A stretch of 63,729 bases of DNA, counting the filler, from Lenisia limosa (lineage: Eukaryota; Protista; Breviatea): NCBI GenBank assembly GCA_001655205.1. It is 15 parts of 15 records of this genome, joined end to end, with 100 filler letters (N's around TTAATTAATTAA, not from the genome) between each part and the next. Parts side by side here need not be neighbours in the genome. Positions count along the whole stretch, not along the records: positions 46,690 to 52,060 come from LPNZ01002076.1; positions 52,161 to 54,480 come from LPNZ01006360.1; positions 54,581 to 60,309 come from LPNZ01002990.1; positions 60,410 to 61,677 come from LPNZ01004332.1; positions 61,778 to 63,729 come from LPNZ01008869.1; 10 more parts are not named here. One strand, 5' to 3'. Of the stretch, positions 49,249 through 61,789 are shown piece by piece. How positions within the stretch are numbered: the first letter of the stretch is position 1; each line of letters opens with the position of its first letter. The notes under the pieces were generated by a model. That model did no database searches and had not been told where the DNA came from. It saw nothing but the letters and a program-made list of their open reading frames with translations. The position numbers and the translations under genes were made by a program.

Positions 49249-52035
49249 TCAAAACCTAGCCTTTCGGTCCCCACCTCCTCGAGTGTCGGGTGCGAATGGT
49301 TCTGTAATATAAAAAGAATATTACATCATTTCGCTGAATACTGATTGAGAAAGCTGCCTGCCCTAGCTCTTTCTGGCGATACAGGACGTTACCTGATTAT
49401 CGTCTTTGGGTGTTGATTTGGTTATTGTTGTCATTTATGATAGTGCTGTGAAACCCCACTCAAAGATTAGAGTAGTTTTAACGGCATCAAATTCTATTTA
49501 TCCAGACGCAGAGTCGGAGAATGAGGAGTGAATGTCAACTCTGTAGAACACATAAAAAAGAGCCCTTTTTGTAATATTGAAGAAAGACTTCGCTATTCGA
49601 CACACAATAGAAACCACAATAACACTCCAAAGCTACAAATCAAATAATACATCCGTATACATGACAGGAGAAACTATACGATTGATTACATAAAAAACCG
49701 GATTGTTTCGTAAACTGACTTCCCTCTCTCTGGTTCATCTCAACCAAGAATGTATGTACCCTCGTTATCACTGACGTAGTATTCTGGACATGGCGAGTCC
49801 TGGGGATGGTACTCCAGGTATAGTTCGTGGAAAGCTTGCCGGATGCGGGCTTCTCCCTCGAATGTTGATGATGATGACATGTGTCCTCCTGAGAGTGATT
49901 AAAACAGTGTCTTAGGACCAGACCATAATCCTAAGTGGGATTTCTGGGTCCACATTCAAATATTTGCAATTGGAAGGAAATATGTCAAGCTAGCTGGATG
50001 AATAATACAGGTAGGTACTCTGAACATGGAAAGCTTTGACAGAGTTGCTGATTATTTGAAAATCTGCCAAGACTTATCACGGTTATTATGCTCGGTAGAC
50101 ATGAAGGTTGCGCAGGCGACATTTTGATTATTATATCCTCGAAGGTGGAATGCAATGAAGATCAACCACTACAACTCTGCTTGAATAGCGGCTCGCCTTA
50201 CCATCTCGGTTGACAATGGTCGGTCGTGGAAGCGTATCAGCAGGATGTCGACGGGGGATTTCGGGCTTGCCAACAGTAATATTGACAACGCCTTCCACCC
50301 AGTCGAATACTGGGCATGCCATAGGGACGATGTACCCGTGATCAGGCTAGAAAGTTAGCAACCGGACGCTATAGCCTACAGCTTCCACAGAGGGAATTGC
50401 CACCATAGCAAACCTCAACAGGTGGAACAACAGGTTTCAAAGTGCGATATGACGCCACAAATCGCGTCGACGCCAAGGCCCGCGGTCGCGGCGGAAGGTG
50501 AATGGTTGGCGGCGGTGGGGCGATGATTTCTGATGAGAGTGGTGGATGGATGGTGGCAGGAGAGGTCACGTGGCTATGGGTGTTGCTTGAAGTGGTACCG
50601 TAAAACTCGGCAAAGTTTCGGAAGAGAGCCTGTATGTTTGAGTGAGACCACCAAACGCTCAAAATGAAACGTTTAATGAATTGCAAGCAAAAGAGGATAC
50701 TGTGCATTAATGCTGGATATAACCAATGAGAAATAACAATGTCTGGTGGAAGAAAAAGCAATATTCTCAAATCCTCGCTCCTCACATCTGAATTTGGCAA
50801 ATCAATTAATGTGATTTGGTGTTCATAGAACCCATCTAAAAGGAATTACTCAGATGCATGGTCTAATTGCAACAAAATGATCAGTAAATGTGTCTAAAGG
50901 TTATTCTATTTCACAAACCGTCATTTTGGAAGAAAACTGGCTCCATAAAACCTCGCTGTAAGAGTAAATAAAAGCAAGTTAATTGAAGTTCTACAGTGGT
51001 AATATCATATCAGAACACTATGTATATGCATATATATGATACCATATTATCTGATATAATACTTAGTATATCAACTATTATAACATAATATTCTTATTGC
51101 ATATCAAATAATTAGTGAGACTTCATAACAGATAAAAAAGTCCGATAATTATGAAGAAGTTAAAAGATAACTCATAATATGTGCGGAAGAAGGGTAACAC
51201 AACAATAATCGAAGCCATAAACACCATGTTCATTAGACCCACCTCAATCAGGCAAAACAAAGCAGCGTAGTACCACGCTGTAGACGAGATAGTGCCGTGA
51301 TATGCACTGCAAAGGTTGTTCTTTTTGGCCCATATCTTTACCCGGGTCATGTAGTCACGAATGTCGGGATTGTGACAGGCTTCGAGGACCATTTTGGTAT
51401 TAGCCACCCCGTCGATGTTGTTGACGGTGAAGTCGAGGAGGAAGGATTGGTGCTGGTTGGTTACGACGACTTTCCCTTGGGCAAACAGATAATAATATGG
51501 AACACTATTTATGGTAGTGCGTATTTGTTGTGTATGCAGTTACAAAGCTGAGTAATTATTATTCCCATCTGTCCTTTATAACCTCCATGATGTAGGACTC
51601 CCGTTTAAAGCTATTTGAGCCTCATTTAGGTAATGAACAAAGGAGTAACTATTTAAAATTGCCTGAATACTGAGTGAGAAGGAAATCAAACATAAACACC
51701 ACCGATAGGCCGCTGTATTGCAGCTGGTAGTTGGATGGTTCAAAAAGTTGTGGAGCTGAAAACTATTGGGAAAATAGTGAAGATTTGTTTTGATGGAAAT
51801 ATATGAATTTCAAGACGACAGGTAAGCCCTACACATACCATATTATTTCGTTTTAAAAAAGAGTAAATTTCTCGATAAATCCTCAAAAACTGTCGGATCT
51901 TTTTCGAATCGAAGTGAAGTCATTATTGTGACACTCGTTCCCCTTACATCCAGTCTAATGCCAAGGTTGAGGAAGACGGTCATACACGGGGCTTTGCCAT
52001 GGGGGCCTTTGCATTGGAACCTTTTTCGTCTTACT
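49249..52035 (-). CDS. Non-canonical poly(A)/terminal uridylyl transferase (Cid1/GLD-2/TUT family), 5' truncated
   Basis: LDFTVNNIDGVANTKM, VKIWAKKNNLCSAYHGTISS and LFRNFAEFYG (PAP-associated region). Confidence 0.75.
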
Positions 52036-52380
52036 GCGTATTTGGTGTTGTGTAGCGTGTNNNNNNNNNNNNNNNNNNNNNNNNNNNNNNNNNNNNNNNN
52101 NNNNTTAATTAATTAANNNNNNNNNNNNNNNNNNNNNNNNNNNNNNNNNNNNNNNNNNNNTCGAAAAAAACCGGGAAAATATCGATAGTTTTCGAGAAAT
52201 TTAGTCTTTTTTAGAACCGAAGTGAAGCCCTATTGACATCCCAGTGATTTGTTGCTTTAGACACGTTGTAAATTTTATAGATTTAGTGATACAGATAAAC
52301 AATGAAATTTGATGTTTTCAATCCAAACCCACTGTAGTTACTGTTTTAGACATTGCTGTCACACTTTGATTACTGTTTTA

Positions 52381-54169
52381 GACATTCCGGACACCTTCAC
52401 TGGCCAATATGGTTCAGGATTTGGCGTTCTACTCACGCTTGTGTGCTTCATTTTCGTGTAGGGGGGCGACCCCACATTAAAAATTCAGATTAATGTCGCT
52501 TTTAAACGAAACTTAAAAAAACTTATCCACAAAATTTCAAGGATTTTGGTCTTCATGATGTGGCAGTTCCCAGTGACATACCTGCTTTAAAGAGCCACCC
52601 CATTTTTCGAATTATTGAACAAGATCTTTGATATTACTTATTGGTATCCCCAGATTGTATTAAATGTATAATTATAGGGAGCTTGGGTTGGATAAGGGTT
52701 GAATAAGGGTGGAAAGACTCCCAAAAAGGTACTTATTAGGTTATCATTTGATACATCTAGATATTGATTTGGACCCCCAGATTGTATTATTTGTTCATGT
52801 GTCCCAAAAAGGATATTAATCTGTTGCCCCAGATTGCATTTAATGTTGTAGCACAAAATTTTGCTCAACCAAATATGAGGTCCACTTTTTTTTTTTTTTT
52901 TTGAACCAGTAGTTAAAACAAAATAAAAAGAAGCTTAAAGTTGTTTTTTAAAACAGTTTTTGAAAAATAGAGGAGTCATCTAAGAGTTCAAAAACAAGTG
53001 GACCTCATATTTAGACAAGCCCAAAATAGTTACTTTTTCTGTTATCATTTGGTACCTCTAGATAATGAGTTGTAGCCCCAGATTGTATTAAATGTTCTCT
53101 AAAAACTTTTTAGGTTCTCATTTCGGCATTTGGACAAGGACTTGCGCCTTTCATTCCTGATGGACCGGTACCTGGGGGCGGGGTGTAGGGCCTCACTTCG
53201 GTTCGAAAAAGACAGATAAAATATCGATATTTATCGATGATTTATCGAGAAATTCAGTCTTTTTTGAACCGAAGTGAACCCCTAGTGGGATGACTCTTCA
53301 AAGGCTAGCTTAGGCTTGGTTTTTTTTTTTTTTTTTNNNNNNNNNNNNNNNNNNNNNNNNNNNNNNNNNNNNNNNNNNNNNNNNNNNNNNNNNNNNNNNN
53401 NNNNNNNNNNNNNNNNNNNNNNNNNNNNNNNNNNNNNNNNNNNNNNNNNNNNNNNNNNNNNNNNNNNNNNNNNNNNNNNNNNNNNNNNNNNNNNNNNNNN
53501 NNNNNNNNNNNNNNNNNNNNNNNNNNNNNNNNNNNNNNNNNNNNNNTGTTTCATAAATTTTTTAATTTTACTCCCCTTAGGGCTGCATGCATGGAGAATG
53601 ACCACCTCAACTCTCGGCTCAATGCTCTGGAGCTGATCCACAAGGGCGAACTCCACGTTGGTTCCTGAGCTTTATATATGTACCTTGTTCTGAATACATG
53701 AACTTTTTACTCAGATACATAAAAATAACTAATGTTTTCCTACTTTTTTACAAAAAATATCTCATTTTTATTTTTGTCATTGGAAAGTTTCTGAAACAAC
53801 AAAAAAAAAATAAAAAAAAAAATAAAGAAGCCCAAAATCAACATTCACATAAACCTCCATGAATTATAAGTTACACCCACACCAGAACAACACATAAAAA
53901 GTTTTCACTTGTGTTGCTATGTTTGTTATTGCTTATCTGTTTGGAATTATCCATTATCCATGTGTGGTTTGTACCTTTACGTCAATATTCATCATTATTA
54001 ACTTTCTACCGCTTCCCCCCCCCCCCNNNNNNNNNNNNNNNNNNNNNNNNNNNNNNNNNNNNNNNNNNNNNNNNNNNNNNNNNNNNNNNNNNNNNNNNNN
54101 NGGACTATTTAGTCAAGACGTTCAGCCGCAAAGCAAGCAGGTCGACTGACTCGTTGAACAAACTATCGA
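52381..54169 (+). CDS. Unknown protein fragment with a possible TM segment
   Basis: Exons GSGFGVLLTLVCFIF, AACMENDHLNSRLNALELIHKGELH and DYLVKTFSRKASRS with GT/AG boundaries. Confidence 0.35.
52871..53012. mobile_element. MITE-like element (family F)
   Basis: Perfect 17-bp inverted repeat aaatatgaggtccactt/aagtggacctcatattt, extended by tttttgaac/gttcaaaaa. Confidence 0.55.
53186..53284. mobile_element. Family A hAT-type MITE
   Basis: Near-consensus TIRs; TSD gcggggtg/gtgggatg. Confidence 0.8.
53547..53580 (+). repeat. Family B 3' end at a splice acceptor
   Basis: gtttcataaatttt...aattttactcccctTAG. Confidence 0.7.
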
Positions 54170-54206
54170 GGTAAGTTCCAGTGACACTTAAAGTCTACAC
54201 TGTTCT

Positions 54207-54262
54207 TAAACGCGTGATGGTGTGGATGGCTTCAGCCAGATACACCCTTGTTTTATTCCCCA
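54207..54262 (+). repeat. Family D dispersed repeat; copies also near 1599, 13240, 15445(-), 21441, 30530(-), 33379 and 55347
   Basis: Consensus cgtgatggtgtggayggcttcggccagatacacccttgttttatt. Confidence 0.75.
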
Positions 54263-54614
54263 TCTCTACTTATCATCTGAAATATATAATATCATAATAT
54301 ATATCGATATATTATGATCTCTTTTCTAACTTTCAAAAAACAGAGCTCTTTAATGAATATAATTTAATGAATACTATGATATTCTGTTACTCTCCTTCAA
54401 AAAACATCTCATCTTGAGAGGTTGTATCGTACCTCTACTATTTTATTCCTAGATTATATTTAAAGGAGATCTTACTCTAANNNNNNNNNNNNNNNNNNNN
54501 NNNNNNNNNNNNNNNNNNNNNNNNTTAATTAATTAANNNNNNNNNNNNNNNNNNNNNNNNNNNNNNNNNNNNNNNNNNNNAACACTCGATAAACAAATAT
54601 TTGTATCCCTTCAC

Positions 54615-54715
54615 TACGGCTTTACTTCGGGTCAAAAAAAAGACCTGTAAAATATCGATAGTTTTCCAGGATTTATCGAGAAATTCATCGTTTTCCGATC
54701 CGAAGTGAAACCTTA
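54615..54715. mobile_element. Family A hAT-type MITE
   Basis: TSD cccttcac/cccctcac. Confidence 0.8.
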
Positions 54716-54716
54716 C

Positions 54717-57700
54717 CCCTCACCGATTGAGAAGCGTTGTCGTCCATTTGGGCTCGAAGGATTTCACTTTCCTTCTGAAGGAACGTGATTTCATCCTGGC
54801 TCTTTGCAATGGTCTCGTCTTTTTCCTCCAAAATGTGTTGGAGTTTGAGTACCTTGATTGTGACGGCATTAAAAGACTATTAATGAGTTATGGGTTTGTA
54901 CAATAAACGCATCCCATCAGGAGTAATATACTCCTGATAGGGGGATATGTGAAAATAAGAAGTAAATAAGGCAGGGGGGGGGGGATAAGAAATATATAAA
55001 AAGGGAGAGATGGCAACAAACCTCTTCTTTGTGATGCTGACTGGCGGAATTATCAGATTTCATCATTTTCAGATTCAAGCGACTCATCTGAAGGTTGAGA
55101 TAGAGCGCTCTTTCATTAGGGTTGTCGTAAATACATACATATGATATGACATGTAAAATATACCTCTGCATATCAAAGTTTACAGTTTTTAGGACTCAAC
55201 CCTACCTCCCCAGAATAATTCATACCATTAGAAAAATATTTTCATACATTCCTAATCAATATCATCTTTTGAGGTAATTCTAGGGCCCATCCAAAATATC
55301 ACTATTCAAAGAAACTAATACACTATATTCCAAAATAACTTTGATAAGCGTGATAGTGTGGATACACCTTTGTTATTTCGCATCTCTATATTGATACCAC
55401 TACTGATTTCACGGAGTCCTTGATAATACCATCCATATAGTCACTAATAAAACACCAAAAAAAAAAGTTAACCAGGAGAATTGGCAAATCACAAAATTAC
55501 TCCCAACTCTTCATTCAAATTACAATAACCTCTAATTATGATATCCCACAATGCCCCCCCCCCCCCNNNNNNNNNNNNNNNNNNNNNNNNNNNNNNNNNN
55601 NNNNNNNNNNNNNNNNNNNNNNNNNNNNNNNNNNNNNNNNNNAAAAAGAATTTAATAAAAATGGTATTTTTTATGACAAAAGTCTAAAAACAGGGTTAAA
55701 AAACAACAAACCCCCTAATTTTAGACAAGTCCAGTACCTCCTCGTTTTTCTGTTCTAGGAGAGAGCTGAGAGACTCAACTTCGTGCTTCAGTTGCTCTTC
55801 TTTGCGCTGAAATTTTAGTAAAACTCCAAAGAGATAGTAAAATTCACTATTTAGCAGTTGTTAACTCAAGATATAGTTAATAGTTGTCAAAATTGATGTA
55901 AGGCATCACCTCATAACTTTCATACAACAATTTTCAAGACATATGTATCACATTGACTGAAAGAAAGAGGAGGAGGGTAGGGGAGAAAAAGTGTACTTAG
56001 TCAAAAGAGGCACTAATTAATATGCTTAAATAGAACAGCCACGCCAAAATGCGCACTTTTTGGCGTTGAAGAGACGTTTGCGTGCGCGCGAATTCTGACG
56101 CCACCTTCTGCTCCTGCGTTCTTGCTGTGTCAGCGGCCTTGTTGGCTTCGAGAACCTTTGAAAATTAACCAAAATGAACGAAATAAACAAAAGAAAGGAA
56201 ATTGAAATGTAAATCCCAAGTCGATTCGCCGTCGTGTAGTTATTAGCTAACCATTTCTTGCAGTTCCTTGATCACATCATTTGGGGCGGACCAGGACGAA
56301 TTGTCTACTGGGTTAAGGTCATCGGCATATAGTACTAGAGCTTCACTTTCAGTTCCAAAAGACTGAGAAAATATCGATATTTATCGAGAATTTATCGAGA
56401 AATTCAGTCTTTTTTGAACCGAAGTGAAGCTCCAATAGTAACACATCAGCGTATCACAAACACTCTCTTTAGTTTTTACACCCCCCCTTCTCCCCGACCT
56501 CATGATGTACGTATTATATGTAGGGCTTCCCTACAATCCCAAAAGACCGGTAAATATCGATATACAGTGACCGGGATAGATAAGTCTTGGCCTATATTCC
56601 TTGGGAAATCACACAGCAAATTGGTCAAGACTTTACCCGGTCACTCACTGTATGTATTTAACGAGGATTGTCAAAAAATGCAGTATTTAGTGGGACTGTA
56701 GAGAAGCCTTAATTGTATGTTTTATTTTCTACCCCCCCCCCNNNNNNNNNNNNNNNNNNNNNNNNNNNNNNNNNNNNNNNNNNNNNNNNNNNNNNNNNNN
56801 NNNNNNNNNNNNNNNNNNNNNNGGTCCAAGGGATGGTTTTGTGCTGCAGCTGGCTGCAAGGGAGACGGGGGATTTCGAGGGTTTTGACACGGACGCCTAC
56901 ACACCATGAACAAGGAAGATGTTAAGGAAGATGTTAAGGAAGATGTTAATAGGAAGATGTTAATAGGAAGTTTGCTAGAAATGCAATTTGTTCACAGAGA
57001 AATATAATGATACGGTAAAATCCCCCCCTCATATCCACATTACCCCTTCCCCCAACTTTGGCCCGGCACCCGTGACAGCCTGCTAGGTGGCGATTGTCGC
57101 TTTCCTTCTACATGGGGGTGAGTGAGGGATAAGGGATATGGGATAAGGGATATGGGGATGGGACCCTCAGACCTCCAAAGACTTGCACCTCTTTTCGAGT
57201 CCCGAAATATGAACCTGCGCCTCCGCAAGTTGTCTTCTGAGAAGGGATGTCGGCGAGGGTCCTTTTGAGGGTTCTTGTTGAGCCGATCTGGGGAGTAAAA
57301 TTGAAAAACTGATGAAACAAAAAAAAGCCCAAAATCAACTCTGTTGGCTGACAANNNNNNNNNNNNNNNNNNNNNNNNNNNNNNNNNNNNNNNNNNNNNN
57401 NNNNNNNNNNNNNNNNNNNNNNNNNNNNNNNNNNNNNNNNNNNNNNNNNNNNNNNNNNNNNNNNNNNNNNNNNNNNNNNNNNNNNNNNNNNNNNNNNNNN
57501 NNNNNNNNNNNNNNNNNNNNNNNNNNNNNNNNNNNNNNNNNNNNNNNNNNNNNNNNNNNNNNNNNNNNNNNNNNNNNNNNNNNNNNTCAGGACTTATCAC
57601 GGATATTTTGCTTTATCTTTTGTCAATCGTGTAAGGACAACACTACCACCAAAACACCCCATTCATAACACCCCCTTCATAATACACCTTGTTCTTAACT

Positions 57701-59258
57701 TCCTTAACTATTCCATGACAGCAATAAGCCATGTCACGATTGAGCTTATTCCATACAATGACAACAATAAGCCATGTCACTGATTGAGCTTATTGTTAAT
57801 CATGTGTCACTTATCGCGGCCACTCTATTTCAATTAGAGCTTCACTTTCGGTTCAAAATGAGTGAATCAATCCTCGATAAATCCTCGATAAATTTCGATT
57901 AATCCTCGATATTTCACATGGCTTTTAAAACTGAAAGTAAAACTCTAATTTCAGTACAACAGCACCACAGGCCCACCTGGTTGAAAGCAAAAGGTCTTTA
58001 GATGTCATTTGGCCATTGGGCTTCTAAGGTGTTATATGGCAAAGGCGGAGGATTTGATAAAGCGGGGGTGCTATGGCAAATGAGGAGTGTGTGTGGAAGA
58101 TGGGATATAAAGGGGAATCCTGCCTAAAACATATGATATTTGAAAAAGGAATGAATAAGGCAAAAGTGACGGAAGTCACGATAATGGCGCGTTACATTGT
58201 AGATTTGAGATTTTCTTCTCCATTAAAACTCTGCTTAAAAGATGGGCATAGCGATAGGAGTTACTCCCTCGTTGTAACACCGATTTCCTACCAATTATTT
58301 CAATAGGTCCCCCAACCTCAGTATCATGAAGCCTTGATTCAATAAGCCCGGCATAGCCTGCGTGCGAAATAGCTGCAACTCGTGAGGAAGCTAGGCGATC
58401 CTGGGGAGGGAAAGGGTATTATTTTCATATTTTTTTGAAACAAATTGTATTGATTCGAGACAAGGGCAACAAATATGCATTAGGACCACATGATTTCAGG
58501 TGTCTTGATGGGTCTTGGTCTCTTCACCTCGGAGATGATACAGGGACTTTATTACAGCTTCACTGAGGTCCCAAAAAGAATGAATTTCTTGATTAATTGC
58601 CGAAAACTATCGATATTGTACTAGAGTAACGTAGTGATGTCATCATGTCTCAGACAAATGCGAAGCAAGTTCAAACGTATGAGCTTTATTTTTCAAATGT
58701 ATATATAGGCTTTATTGTTCAAACGTATGAGCTTTTGTTAATGCAGAAGTATGGCAATCTGTTCATACTATTCTTATTTATTCCTTTTCAGCTAGATTTA
58801 ATGCATTATTCATTGATCTGATAAAAAAAAAAAAAAAAAGAATGCACAAGATTGTCAGTTGAAACGGTTACAGACTCCCCTTTTTGGAAACCAGAAAAAA
58901 TTGAAAAAAAAAAGGCAAAAGTACCAAAATATGATTCTGAAACACAAGCAGGATAAACAAAAGAGTTAAACGAGGCAGATATTCCCGTTAGCCCCTCCAG
59001 TGGCTGCGATCATAACGGTCTTGGGAACGGCAGACGATCACTAACCTCAAGTCGTGAGAGTTCTGATGCCTGATCACGTATCTTCAGCTCCAGCTGCTGC
59101 GTGTAGTTCTCATTAGGCTGAGTAGTGTCGGATTGGAGGGGGGAGAAGGCGACCGGGGAGAGGCCTGGAAGAACAGTGGCTGTGGACTTTGACGGCGAGA
59201 AGACGAGTGAATCCGCTTCCGAATCCATTGTCCCGTTCATAACGCTTGATGAATCCAT
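54717..59258 (-). CDS. Coiled-coil protein, multi-exon, 3' truncated
   Basis: MDSSSVMNG...QQLELKIRDQASELSRLE|DRLASS, KEEQLKHEVESLSSLLEQKNEE and VLKLQHILEEKDETIAK. Confidence 0.6.
56336..56434. mobile_element. Family A hAT-type MITE
   Basis: TAGAGCTTCACTT...AAGTGAAGCTCCA. Confidence 0.8.
56521..56711. mobile_element. Family A MITE with a nested family C MITE
   Basis: TSD attatatg/attgtatg; insert at 56565-56650. Confidence 0.85.
56565..56650. mobile_element. Family C Tc1/mariner-type MITE
   Basis: TA|CAGTGACCGGG...CCCGGTCACTCACTG|TA. Confidence 0.8.
56911..56970. repeat. 12-14-bp tandem repeat
   Basis: aggaagatgtta x5. Confidence 0.9.
57288..57353 (-). repeat. Family B copy ending at a 3' splice site
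   Basis: Minus strand: tttttcaattttactccCAG|ATCGG. Confidence 0.85.
57835..57947. mobile_element. Family A hAT-type MITE
   Basis: TSD atttcaat/atttcagt. Confidence 0.8.
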
Positions 59259-59399
59259 ATTATCTGCTTTCTGCCATTGGTAGTACGAAAGAGGCCTTTT
59301 TTCAACATTTCACATTATTTGTGAAATTCCGGTCGCGGAAAATTGACTATAAAAGCAAAAAAATTTCGGGCAAATTTACTCGATTTATTTGACTGTAAG

Positions 59400-59780
59400 A
59401 TGAACTATTTGAAGAAGGCCAAGGATGCTGCTCTCGACAACCCCGTCGTCAACACTGTGAAGGGTAAGACCAATCCCGAGATTTCGTTCAAGCTCTAACT
59501 CCCCAGAAACCACCATGGACTTCGCTGTTGAACACGAAAAGGGCGTTGAGCGCACCGCCAAGGTGGTTGACCTCTGCAACCCCTTGACCAAGATCCCTGT
59601 TGTTGGAAACACCTTCTCTGTTCACAACCACCTTGACTCTGTGAGTGGGATAATTCTACCGATATTTTCCGTCAAACAGCGGTCGATTTTCACTTCCCTC
59701 CCTCCACCTACCACTATTCAGTCTTTTATTTGTGATGGTGTCTGACTATTTAGGCAATCGAGGACCATAAGAAGGAAGAG
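59400..59780 (+). CDS. Unknown protein, first exons
   Basis: MNYLKKAKDAALDNPVVNTVK|ETTMDFAVEHEKGVERT; biased codons and GTAAG/GTGAG donors. Confidence 0.5.
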
Positions 59781-60437
59781 TAAACTGCTGACTGCTATTT
59801 ATTTTTGAACCGCGTAATGTTTTGATGTATGTACATTATTATTTTTATCATTCTTGGGGAAACTCACTATTTGAAGTTTCTTTTGTGGTGACACAACAGC
59901 CACATTACGGGATATGATATAGGGTAAACCTTTCTGGCATTGTGTGATGTCGTTTTCTCTATCCAACAACCGCTCGCTGCCCTCATCCGAGGCGGTGTAA
60001 TTATAGGCCGCTTAAATTGTTGAAATGTTCGATGAATATGCGATGATGTTAACATCAGGAAGGGATTGGAGAGAGAGGGCAAAATGCGGATCAGTCGCAA
60101 AGCATGGAGAAATAGAACAAAAAGAGTCAAGGATTATAATGGCAACTCTCTCATGAGGGCGTAATAAAGACTGCCAATCTGCACAACCCTGAATAATAAT
60201 AAAAAACAAGAATTATTGTCCGTATTTTTATGTGGTACAGTATTCTTCCTAGTATATAACATTTTGAATATGGAAAATTTTGTGAATTTGGAACCAGAAA
60301 CTAAGCCTCNNNNNNNNNNNNNNNNNNNNNNNNNNNNNNNNNNNNNNNNNNNNTTAATTAATTAANNNNNNNNNNNNNNNNNNNNNNNNNNNNNNNNNNN
60401 NNNNNNNNNCGGTCAGTGTACATTTATCTTTGCGAGT

Positions 60438-60585
60438 AATGGGATGCGGCGCTGCAGAAGCGACTGGCCTGGACTTTGTTTGTTTTGTTGTCAACCCTTG
60501 TGTGTTGTCAGCCAACAGAATTGGTTTTAGGCTTTTTTGTTTCATAATTTTCCAATTGTACACCCCCCCCCCTTTCACTTCCAAG
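60438..60585 (+). repeat. Family B full copy ending at a NUP214 acceptor
   Basis: atgggatgcggcgctgcag...ttccaattgtaca(c)ntttcacttccAAG. Confidence 0.9.
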
Positions 60586-61677
60586 GTCGATGTCTCTCCT
60601 ATTGTCTCGAGACTCTACTGACAGTTTAGTCCTTAATAACGCTAAGGTTTGAGGGGAGTGTGTATCAGTTTAAAGTAAAGTGTTTGTGAATGCACGCAAG
60701 TGTTTATAATACTACATTTAATATGTATATTATCGTATTATTGTGTATAAACCTATATTGTTCATCTCTTATTGAAATAACAGGCTTTTTTACCACTCTA
60801 CTGCATTTAAAAGTGTTTTGTTTTTTCTCGAGAATACTGCTCCAATGAACCGTCTGTAGTACAAAATCGACTTTAATTATTTATTTTTTTCATAATAATA
60901 ACACCACTTTTATCCCCCCCTATATATTTTTTAAAAGAACTACTGACGCCAAATAATAAACCACCCAATTTTTATGCAGCGTTTTACTACTCAGAACGAA
61001 GCAATTGAAGGAGACGAGCAAGCCCGAGTTACCATGCCTTTAGATGACGGTGGGGAGGAGGAGTTGTGTATTTGATTTGATGGTGTTAGAGTTATTTGGT
61101 GGTGTGTGGGGGCAAGATGGATATTTTACCAGTTTTCTTACCCCCAATTTCATGACCTTCTTCTTACCTTCTTTTAACCCCTGACACTTTCCCCTCGGGC
61201 TCAGTGCAGTTTTGGTGACCCTTACATGTCTTTCTTTGTACCTTCATTTTCTATTCATTTTTCTTTCATTTCCCTTTCTTTTTCCCTTCTTTTCACATTT
61301 TTTTTATTATTTCCTTTTGACCCGTACAGGAAGCGACACCTTCCCAATTGGGGCCGTTTTGGTGACGTCATCGGGCAAAAACGTCAAGTTCGGCGAGCAT
61401 TCCTACCCCACGCCCCCCCATGTTCTTATTTTAACCACTGCCGGCCAGCTAATGGTGTGTTTAGGGGCTTTTATTTCTTTTTTGTAAATTAAACAATGTG
61501 GGGTTGGGTGGCGGTAGTTTTGACAATGAAAAACTTTTCCATCATTAATAGAGGGAGGGGGCAATATCCATTGATCCACTTCAGGTTTTCACGGTCATCG
61601 ACAAGAACACCAAAACTGCGCCAACCTTCATCACCAATCCCGTCCCTGTGCCGCACTTCGTCAAGTCCACCCCAGCT
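60586..61677 (+). CDS. NUP214: Nucleoporin NUP214/Nup159, end of the beta-propeller
   Basis: EQARVTMPLDD|GSDTFPIGAVLVTSSGKNVKFGEHSYPTPPHVLILTTAGQLM|VFTVID resembles the D-x-x-P-x-G...P-x-P-x-L-x-x-L-(S/T)-x-x-G-x-L block. Confidence 0.7.
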
Positions 61678-61789
61678 NNNNNNNNNNNNNNNNNNNNNNN
61701 NNNNNNNNNNNNNNNNNNNNNTTAATTAATTAANNNNNNNNNNNNNNNNNNNNNNNNNNNNNNNNNNNNNNNNNNNNCTCATTCTTCTG

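Noticed and set aside
60438-60585. Family B as a box C/D snoRNA
   Set aside because: No conserved RTGATGA/CTGA pair in the consensus. An H/ACA-type or other RNA is not excluded.
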